DNA of 64,000 nucleotides from an uncultured Bacilli bacterium (GTDB lineage Bacteria; Bacillota_I; Bacilli_A; RF39; UBA660): NCBI GenBank assembly GCA_934149465.1, contig CAKPEZ010000005.1, positions 12,646 to 76,645 of the forward strand, read 5' to 3'. Shown piece by piece: positions 57,596 to 64,000 of this stretch (position 1 is its first letter; each line of letters starts with the position of its first letter). The notes under the pieces were generated by a model. It saw only the letters and a program-made list of their open reading frames with translations, ran no database searches and was not told where the DNA came from. The position numbers and the translations under genes were made by a program.

Positions 57596-58414
57596 ATGAA
57601 TTATTTATTAGAATATATATTACTTGGAATAATACAAGGAATAGGAGAATTTCTTCCAATCTCATCTTCTGCTCATTTAATTATTATTCCATATCTTTTT
57701 AATTTTTCTTTAAACTTAGCTGGAAAAGAGAAATTAACTTTAGATGTAGCTTTACATTTTGGTACTTTAATTGCTGTATTAGTTGTCTTTTTTAAAGATT
57801 GGTTATCTTTAGCAACTGGGGTTTTTAATAAATTATTTAAGAAAAAAGATTCTTTTGAGAATAAGATGTTTTGGTATTTAGTACTTGCGACTATTCCCGG
57901 TGCTTTAATTGGTATTTTATTTGAAGATATAATAGCAGAGTATTTTAGAAGTAATATGCTATTAATAGCGCTTTGTCTTGCTATTGTGGGACTTTTAATT
58001 TATTTTGGTGATAAATGGGCTAGTAAGCATTATCCAAATCCTACTGAATATAAAGATTTAACTTTAAAACAAACTTTTGTTATTGGGTTATCTCAAGCGC
58101 TAGCAGTTATTCCTGGATTTTCTAGAAGTGGTACTACTATATTAGCAGGAAGACTTATTGGAGTATCTAGAGAGGCAGTATCTAAATTTACTTTCTTATT
58201 ATCAACTCCTATTATATTTGGAGCATTTATTGTTAATATTAGTGATTTAGTATTTACTAAAGAGATAATTATTGGTATAGTAACTAGTGCAGTAGTTGGA
58301 ATTTTATGTATTAAGTTCTTACTTAGTTATATTAAAAATCATGATTTTTCAATATTTGCATTTTACCGTGTTTTTATTGCACTTTGTGTAATTATAAAAT
58401 TAATTTTGTCCTAA
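57596..58414 (+). CDS. uppP: undecaprenyl-diphosphate phosphatase
   Basis: GIIQGIGEFLPISSSAHL and PGFSRSGTT motifs. Confidence 0.93.
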   Translation: MNYLLEYILLGIIQGIGEFLPISSSAHLIIIPYLFNFSLNLAGKEKLTLDVALHFGTLIAVLVVFFKDWLSLATGVFNKLFKKKDSFENKMFWYLVLATIPGALIGILFEDIIAEYFRSNMLLIALCLAIVGLLIYFGDKWASKHYPNPTEYKDLTLKQTFVIGLSQALAVIPGFSRSGTTILAGRLIGVSREAVSKFTFLLSTPIIFGAFIVNISDLVFTKEIIIGIVTSAVVGILCIKFLLSYIKNHDFSIFAFYRVFIALCVIIKLILS

Positions 58415-58427
58415 ATTAATTTTGTTT

Positions 58428-58501
58428 GCCGCCTTAGTTAAGTGGTATAACGTATCCATGGTAAGGATAAATTGTAAGTTCGATTCTTACAGGTGGCACC
58501 A
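58428..58501 (+). tRNA. tRNA-Thr (anticodon GGT)
   Basis: Acceptor GCCGCCT/AGGTGGC (one G-U), D stem GTTA/TAAC, anticodon stem TATCC/GGATA, loop ATGGTAA, T arm GTAAG-TTCGATT-CTTAC, encoded CCA. Confidence 0.9.
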
Positions 58502-58512
58502 GATTGATTGAT

Positions 58513-58541
58513 ACTCGAACTAATAAAAAAGTTCGAGTTTT
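58513..58541 (+). terminator. terminator after tRNA-Thr
   Basis: ACTCGAAC pairs with GTTCGAGT, followed by TTT. Confidence 0.6.
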
Positions 58542-58616
58542 AATATAACCTAAAATGTGATAAAATATTTATAGAAAAAATTAAGAATAAAGTTAAAATT
58601 ATGTCAGGAGGTTTTA

Positions 58617-58858
58617 ATGAAACAAGAAATAATAAAATCAGAATTAGAGGTCAATAATACTAAAATTAAAGTAATAACTATGGATAATAAAGAATTTATA
58701 TCTCTAACTAATTTGGCAAGATATGTAAATTCAGAGGAACCAAAGATACCAATACAAATTTAGGTTTATGGGAAAAATTAAATAATGAGAAATTTAAAGG
58801 TCACGAATTTACAACCTTTGAAAATTCGGCAGGAAAAAATATTTTTTATAATTTGTAA
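58617..58858 (+). pseudogene. KilA-N domain gene remnant (internal deletion or frameshift, truncated)
   Basis: Frame A runs 58617-58763 (MKQEIIKSELEVNNTKIKVITMDNKEFISLTNLARYVNSEEPKIPIQI*). Frame +2 runs 58763-58858 (GLWEKLNNEKFKGHEFTTFENSAGKN...). Both pieces match successive parts of KilA-N proteins as I recall them. Confidence 0.55.
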
Positions 58859-58907
58859 ACCAATAATTTTTTGTATATAACATGATCCAAGAAAGGAGAA
58901 AAAATTG

Positions 58908-59219
58908 ATGAAAAATGAAGAACTAAAGCAAATATTAAATCTTCTAATAAAATTTATAGAAAAAAAGGATTATGGTAAAGATGAACAAAAAATTCAATAT
59001 TTATATAATGAGCTTAAAAAAATTAGTGAGCAAATTCCTACATACAGTAAATTAGAAGAACTTGAAAAAATTGTTATCGATTTAGAAGTTAAATATGATG
59101 ATTTTAACGATTTATCATATTATTTTTCCCCATTGTATGCAAAGATTAAAAATGTAATTCATAATGAAGAAGTAAAAAAAATAAGAGAAGAAAATAAAAG
59201 AAAGAGAAATTTAAAATAA
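58908..59219 (+). CDS. hypothetical coiled-coil protein (103 aa)
   Basis: AAAGGAGAA SD followed by ATG 58908. Lys/Glu-rich. Confidence 0.5.
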   Translation: MKNEELKQILNLLIKFIEKKDYGKDEQKIQYLYNELKKISEQIPTYSKLEELEKIVIDLEVKYDDFNDLSYYFSPLYAKIKNVIHNEEVKKIREENKRKRNLK

Positions 59220-59397
59220 CATCTCAAATTTTGGTCGTGATAAAAGAGCTACTTTTGATTTTAATTAGAAGTAGTTCTTATTTTTATGATTTTACTTCAT
59301 TAGTTATCTAGTTATTTTTTTAAGATATTTTTCTAGTTAATAGTAATATTCATTTTATTAGAATGCCAATAGAATATAAGTGAAAGGAGGAGTTTTA

Positions 59398-60198
59398 ATG
59401 AATGAAGATTATTCTTATAATATTAGACGTATTTTAGAAGAAGGAAGAAAGTGCCAAGAAAGAGGCGGAGTTATGGGACCAACAGGCCCAAGAGGTCCCC
59501 AAGGACCTGCTACTATTAGAGTGGGTAATACTGTAACTGGTGCCCCTGGCACAATGGCTTCAGTAGTTAATGCTGGAAGTTTAGATAATGCTGTTTTGAC
59601 TTTTACTATTCCAGCTGGCCCAACAGGGCCTAGTGGTGCGACTGGGGCAACAGGTCCGACTGGGCCAAGAGGATTAATAGGTCCTGCGGGAGCTCAAGGT
59701 ATTGCAGGTCCTGCCGGTCCTCAAGGGAATATAGGTCCTACTGGTCCAGCAGGACCAACAGGCCCTGCTGGAGCAAGTGAAAAAATTGATTTTGGGAGAA
59801 AATATAATACATCAGTTGATACAATAGCCCTAGAAGCAAATATTCCGCAAAATATATCTCTTGGAAGTAATGGTCCAACTAGTGGGATAACAACTGCTAC
59901 TCAAAATACTTTGACTATTACGACTGATGGAACTTATAAAGTAGATTATTTTTTCTCTGGAAGCAGTAGTGCTGATACAGATTTATCTGTAGAAGTAAAA
60001 CAAAATGCTAATCCAATTGGAAGTACAACTATATCTAAAAATGTAACTCAAGATGAGAATGTCGACTTTGTTGGAAGTACTATTAATACATTTAATAATG
60101 GTGATGAGATAGGATTACAAATAAAATCTACTGTTATAACAAATATTTCACCAGCATCTGGAACTAATGCATATTTAAATATTGTAAAGATAGGCTAA
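59398..60198 (+). CDS. collagen-like (G-X-Y) repeat protein with a BclA/C1q-like C-terminal globular domain
   Basis: ATG 59398 follows the AAAGGAGGAG SD. There are two G-X-Y blocks ([11 protein letters not shown], and [52 protein letters not shown]), then a beta-rich tail of about 140 aa. Confidence 0.85.
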   Translation: MNEDYSYNIRRILEEGRKCQERGGVMGPTGPRGPQGPATIRVGNTVTGAPGTMASVVNAGSLDNAVLTFTIPAGPTGPSGATGATGPTGPRGLIGPAGAQGIAGPAGPQGNIGPTGPAGPTGPAGASEKIDFGRKYNTSVDTIALEANIPQNISLGSNGPTSGITTATQNTLTITTDGTYKVDYFFSGSSSADTDLSVEVKQNANPIGSTTISKNVTQDENVDFVGSTINTFNNGDEIGLQIKSTVITNISPASGTNAYLNIVKIG

Positions 60199-60263
60199 TA
60201 TATATAGTGTAACTTTGGGATAAAATCTTTAATGCTTCTGTAGATTTAGAAAGAAGCGTGATT

Positions 60264-60662
60264 ATGAAGACTTTTGTAGTAAATTTTTTAAGTGGTACTT
60301 TTATTACGGGAATAATTTATTATCTAGGAGGAATGGATATTGCTTTAGAAACTTTATTACTTTTTATAGTACTTGATTATTTTAGTGGAATATGTAAAGC
60401 TATCTATGAAAAGAAATTAAGTTCTAAAATTGGAATTAAGGGAATAATTAAGAAAATTGGTTATTTAATTATGGTAGCGCTTGGTACTTTTTTAGATAAA
60501 ATGATATGTCGTAATGGTTCAATTAGAATTATAATTATATATTTCTTTGTTTCTAATGAGGGAATATCTATTTTAGAAAACTGGATAAAAATGAATTTAC
60601 CTATTCCTGATAAGGTAAGAGTAGTACTTAATAATCTAAAGAATATTGATAAGAAGAAATAG
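60264..60662 (+). CDS. phage-type holin (LL-H/TcdE-like family)
   Basis: Three transmembrane helices. LLLFIVLDYFSGICKAIYEKKLSSKIGIKGIIKKIGYL is typical of this holin family. GTG 60258 is an alternative start. Confidence 0.75.
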   Translation: MKTFVVNFLSGTFITGIIYYLGGMDIALETLLLFIVLDYFSGICKAIYEKKLSSKIGIKGIIKKIGYLIMVALGTFLDKMICRNGSIRIIIIYFFVSNEGISILENWIKMNLPIPDKVRVVLNNLKNIDKKK

Positions 60663-60763
60663 TGGAAGAGGAAACGCTATTTCTTTTTATAGATCTTTTC
60701 AAATTATTAAAAGGGTGATATAATCTAAAAAAAGAATTATTATTAGAAAGGAAGAAGGAAAAG

Positions 60764-61234
60764 ATGGATGATGATATATCTATTACATTAACTAAATATA
60801 AAGATGAGACTTTGCCTTCTAATTATGATGGATTTATTGATCCAGATGGCTATTTTATTAAGGTGTGTGAACGTAGTTCATTAGGAGGAATGCATGATGA
60901 GTTTGCTTTAATATATGCAGATGTTGTTTATAATAAGAATTTAAAGAAGGAATATGATAAATTAAGAGAGGTAAAGCCTGCTTTAAAAAATATTATGCTT
61001 GGTCCTAAAGATATTTTGATTAATTTATTTGGATATGTTTTGTATGAACATAGTATGAATAGGGTTATTTTAGAAGGACCTAAGTATTATTATAACGGTC
61101 AGAAGGTTACTAATGCTCAGATGGAAACGGCTTTAAAGTTACTTGAGTTAAATAAAGATGATTTAACAGCAGCATATAGCTTAGTAAATGATAATTTTTC
61201 ACCATTTTTAGAAGAAAATTATCCTAAAAGATAA
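60764..61234 (+). CDS. hypothetical protein (156 aa)
   Basis: Intact ORF with a GGAAGAAGGAAAAG purine-rich SD region. No lysin motif. Confidence 0.55.
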   Translation: MDDDISITLTKYKDETLPSNYDGFIDPDGYFIKVCERSSLGGMHDEFALIYADVVYNKNLKKEYDKLREVKPALKNIMLGPKDILINLFGYVLYEHSMNRVILEGPKYYYNGQKVTNAQMETALKLLELNKDDLTAAYSLVNDNFSPFLEENYPKR

Positions 61235-61276
61235 GAAATATGGTATAATCATAACGTTATTTGTGGAGGTATAAAA

Positions 61277-62893
61277 ATGAGTAAGATTTATATTTTTGGA
61301 CATAGGAATCCAGATACTGATAGTGTTTGTGCATCTATTGCATTAGCAGAGTTAAAGCAAAGAATAGGGCAAAACTGTGTTCCTGTTATTTTAAGTAAGA
61401 TTAATGAGGAGACTAAGTTTGTTCTTAATTATTTTAAAGTTAATGAGCCTAAGTATTTAAATGATGTTCGTCTTCAGATTAAGGATATTCGTTATAATAA
61501 AGATTTTCTTTTAGATAGACATGCTTCTATATATAAGGCTTATGAGACGATTGTTGAGCATGGAGTAAGTGCAATTCCAGTAGTAGAAAATAGAAAATTC
61601 TTAGGAATTGTTAGTCTTAAAGATATGGCTCGTGATTTAATTGGTGGTACTATTGAAAATATTAATACTTCTTATGATAATATAGTATCTTCTTTAGAAG
61701 GAGAATCACTTCTTAAATTTGATGAGGAAATTATTGGTAAGCTTATGTCTGTTACTTTTAAGAGTACTACTTTTATTGAGAGTATTGATTTAAATTCTGA
61801 TGATATTCTTATTGTTGGAGATCGTCATAGTGTTATTGAGTATGCGATTAAAAAGGGAGTTAAGCTTATTATTTTAGTTGGACATGCTTTAATTAAAGAA
61901 GAACATTTAGAAGAGGCTAGGAATAAGAAAATCAATATTATTAGGACTAACTTAAAGAGTTTAGAAGTTATTAAGAGAGTTAGCTTATGTAATTATGTTG
62001 GAACTTTAATTAATGAGAAAGAGTCTGTTACTGTTCTTGATAATATGTATATTAGTGATTTTATGGATTTAGCTAATAAATTAAAACATACACATTATCC
62101 TGTTATTGATAAGAATAATAATTGTCTTGGAATGCTTAGAATTGCGAATGTTAATGATGTTAAGAAGAAACAAGTTATTTTAGTTGATCATAATGAGATG
62201 GAACAAAGCGTTGAAGGAATAGAAGAAGCTGATATATTAGAAGTAGTAGATCATCATAAGATAGGTAATATTAATACTAAGGCTCCTATTAATTTTAGAA
62301 ATATGGCAGTTGGTAGTACTTGTACGATTATTTATATATTATATACTGAATATGGAGAAGATATAAAAGATGATATTAAAGGACTATTACTTTCTGGTAT
62401 ATTATCAGATACTCTTTTATTTAAGTCTCCAACCACTACTGAACTAGATTATTATGTAGCCAAAAAATTAGCAGATGAGATTCATTTAGATTATAATGAT
62501 TTTGCGATGAAGATGTTTAAAGCTTCTTCTGATTATAAAAACGTTAAGAATAAAGAAGATGTTATTTATAAAGATTTTAAAGAATTTAATGTAAATGGTT
62601 TAGTAATTGGAGTAGGTCAGATAAATACTTTAAGTATTGATGATATTATGGAAGAAAAGGATGAGTATATAGATCTTTTAAATAAAGAAGCAGAAAAACG
62701 TAATTATGGATTATTCTTATTTGCAGTAACTGATATAATTAATGGGGGATCTTATATTTTCTATAATGATAGCGCTAGTATTTTAGTAAAAAATAGTTTT
62801 GGGGATGATGTTTATCAAGGAATTTTCTTAGAGGGATATTTATCTAGGAAGAAACAAATAATACCTAAGATTATGGATGCTTTAGAGAAATAG
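61277..62893 (+). CDS. CBS-domain-containing family II (DHH/DHHA2) inorganic pyrophosphatase
   Basis: GHRNPDTDS and DHNE...VDHHK DHH motifs with a CBS pair inserted. DHHA2-type C terminus. Confidence 0.85.
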   Translation: MSKIYIFGHRNPDTDSVCASIALAELKQRIGQNCVPVILSKINEETKFVLNYFKVNEPKYLNDVRLQIKDIRYNKDFLLDRHASIYKAYETIVEHGVSAIPVVENRKFLGIVSLKDMARDLIGGTIENINTSYDNIVSSLEGESLLKFDEEIIGKLMSVTFKSTTFIESIDLNSDDILIVGDRHSVIEYAIKKGVKLIILVGHALIKEEHLEEARNKKINIIRTNLKSLEVIKRVSLCNYVGTLINEKESVTVLDNMYISDFMDLANKLKHTHYPVIDKNNNCLGMLRIANVNDVKKKQVILVDHNEMEQSVEGIEEADILEVVDHHKIGNINTKAPINFRNMAVGSTCTIIYILYTEYGEDIKDDIKGLLLSGILSDTLLFKSPTTTELDYYVAKKLADEIHLDYNDFAMKMFKASSDYKNVKNKEDVIYKDFKEFNVNGLVIGVGQINTLSIDDIMEEKDEYIDLLNKEAEKRNYGLFLFAVTDIINGGSYIFYNDSASILVKNSFGDDVYQGIFLEGYLSRKKQIIPKIMDALEK

Positions 62894-62895
62894 TT

Positions 62896-63729
62896 ATGCT
62901 TGATATATTGTTAGATACTTTTTTAGATTCTTTAAAATTATTACCTTTTTTATTAATAACTTATTTACTTATGGAGTATTTAGAGCATAAATCTTTAAAA
63001 AGTAATACTAAGTTAATGGAAAGAGCTGGGAAACTTGGACCATTATGGGGAAGTATTTTAGGGGTACTTCCTCAATGTGGATTTTCGGTAGCGTCTTCTA
63101 ATTTATATGTTTCAAGAGTTATTTCTTTAGGAACACTTATTTCAATATATTTATCTACTTCTGATGAAATGTTAGTAGTACTTTTATCTAAGAGTGTTAG
63201 TATAAAGATTATTCTTCTTCTTGTTATTTTGAAAATACTTGTTGGAATGTTTTTTGGATTTTTGATAGATTTTCTTTTTAGAAAGAAGAATAATAATTTT
63301 GATAGTGAACTTTGTGAAAGAGAAGATTGTCATTGTGGAAGTAATATATTTACTTCTAGTATTAAGCATACTTTTAATACTTATATCTTTATTTTGGGAG
63401 TAACTTTTCTTTTTAATGTATTAACTTCTTTTGTTAGTATGGATAAAGTATCTTTGTTTTTAAGAAATTTTTCTTTTTTAACTCCATTTATTTTAGGGGT
63501 TATAGGGCTTATTCCTAGTTGTGCGTCTTCGGTTATTATTACTGAGTTATTTCTTGATAATGTGATTAGTTTGGGATCTGCGTTAGCAGGATTATTTGCT
63601 AATAGTGGAGTAGCACTTGCAGTATTATTTAGAAATAATAAGAATAGAAAAGAGAATTTCTTAATACTTGGAATTTTATATATTATAAGTGTAGTAAGTG
63701 GAATAATAATAAATATTATAATTGGTTAG
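62896..63729 (+). CDS. polytopic membrane protein, putative metal (Mn-type) transporter family
   Basis: Multi-pass membrane protein with a central Cys/His segment (EREDCHCGSN). The family assignment is from memory of similar proteins found next to Mn-dependent PPases. Confidence 0.5.
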   Translation: MLDILLDTFLDSLKLLPFLLITYLLMEYLEHKSLKSNTKLMERAGKLGPLWGSILGVLPQCGFSVASSNLYVSRVISLGTLISIYLSTSDEMLVVLLSKSVSIKIILLLVILKILVGMFFGFLIDFLFRKKNNNFDSELCEREDCHCGSNIFTSSIKHTFNTYIFILGVTFLFNVLTSFVSMDKVSLFLRNFSFLTPFILGVIGLIPSCASSVIITELFLDNVISLGSALAGLFANSGVALAVLFRNNKNRKENFLILGILYIISVVSGIIINIIIG

Positions 63730-63732
63730 AGA

Positions 63733-63760
63733 AAGACAATAAGAAATTTTGTCTTTTTTT
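63733..63760 (+). terminator. rho-independent terminator
   Basis: AAAGACAA pairs with TTGTCTTT, followed by T6. Confidence 0.65.
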
Positions 63761-63813
63761 GTAAAATGATTTTTTCCTAAAATGTAAAATAAAAATTGCT
63801 TTTTTTGTAAAAT
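63760..63813 (+). repeat. three TGTAAAAT boxes spaced exactly 23 bp apart
   Basis: Boxes at 63760-63767, 63783-63790 and 63806-63813, upstream of a TGC-TATAAT extended -10 (TATAAT at 63854-63859). Confidence 0.6.
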
Positions 63814-63881
63814 AATAAATTAAAATTTAATTTGAAGATAATTTAAAAAGTGCTATAATAAAAAGTGAAAAGAGGTAAATA

Positions 63882-64000
63882 ATGAAGCGTTACTATAAAG
63901 ATATAAAAGAAGGACTTAGTACGAGTGAAGTTAATGAAAGAATTTCTCTTGATTTAGTTAATCATGTTTATTCTAATACGACAAGAAGTATTAAGAGTAT
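63882..64000 (+). CDS. P-type cation-transporting ATPase, N-terminal fragment (runs off the window)
   Basis: MKRYYKDIKEGLSTSEVNERISLDLVNHV... resembles the Cation_ATPase_N segment. Only 39 codons are visible. Confidence 0.5.
   Translation, partial: MKRYYKDIKEGLSTSEVNERISLDLVNHVYSNTTRSIKS

Larger units (their letters stand above)
58502..60662 (+). mobile_element. decayed prophage/integrated-element remnant adjacent to tRNA-Thr
   Basis: KilA-N fragments, a collagen-like fibre-type protein and a phage-type holin lie directly 3' of a tRNA gene. No integrase, lysin or att repeat was found by eye, so the boundaries are uncertain. Confidence 0.4.

Noticed and set aside
58502-61300. att-type direct repeat of the tRNA-Thr 3' end marking the far boundary of the prophage remnant
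   Set aside because: I could not find a copy of GTTCGATTCTTACAGGTGGCACCA, or a substantial part of it, downstream by eye. A computational search is needed, so no boundary is claimed.

Overview
Strongly AT-rich chromosomal segment, with base composition judged by eye and not computed. It comes from a spore-forming Bacillota (Firmicutes) bacterium using the standard code: TGA is a stop at 44640-44642. I cannot assign a genus from sequence alone. Almost all genes are on the + strand.

Core content:
- typA, then murF-murE.
- The complete S10-spc-alpha ribosomal cluster, rpsJ through rplQ. It includes secY, adk, map, infA, rpmJ and rpoA, but has no rpmD.
- spoVID/ysxE-like sporulation genes.
- infC-rpmI-rplT with an L20-type leader.
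- An Asn-specific T-box upstream of asnB.
- A tyrosine recombinase with tdk, then ppdK and tsaC.
- A YfhO/GT2 glycosylation pair.
- tRNA-Arg(CCU), argS, uppP and tRNA-Thr(GGU).
- A CBS-type family II pyrophosphatase.

Accessory or unusual content:
1. An unannotated type III toxin-antitoxin-like locus at 39698-40388. It has a promoter, 49-nt tandem repeats with compensatory base changes, a terminator and a ToxN/AbiQ/CptN-like ORF carrying one in-frame TAA.
2. A 56-codon VbhA/FicA-like ORF, missed by the ORF track, that overlaps both murE and a canonical Fic gene.
3. A cluster of cysteine-rich extracellular proteins: a 1034-aa wall-anchored adhesin, an orphan prepilin-type protein with a Cys-dense tail, and a third membrane-anchored paralogue-like protein.
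4. A solitary HerA/FtsK-type ATPase.
5. A Nudix-MazG-WYL-NADAR gene string.
6. A 1290-aa orphan protein ending in a metallophosphoesterase domain, lying next to tRNA-Arg.
7. A decayed prophage remnant next to tRNA-Thr, with KilA-N fragments, a collagen-like protein and an orphan holin.

All family assignments come from reading translations and motifs by eye. No database search was run.
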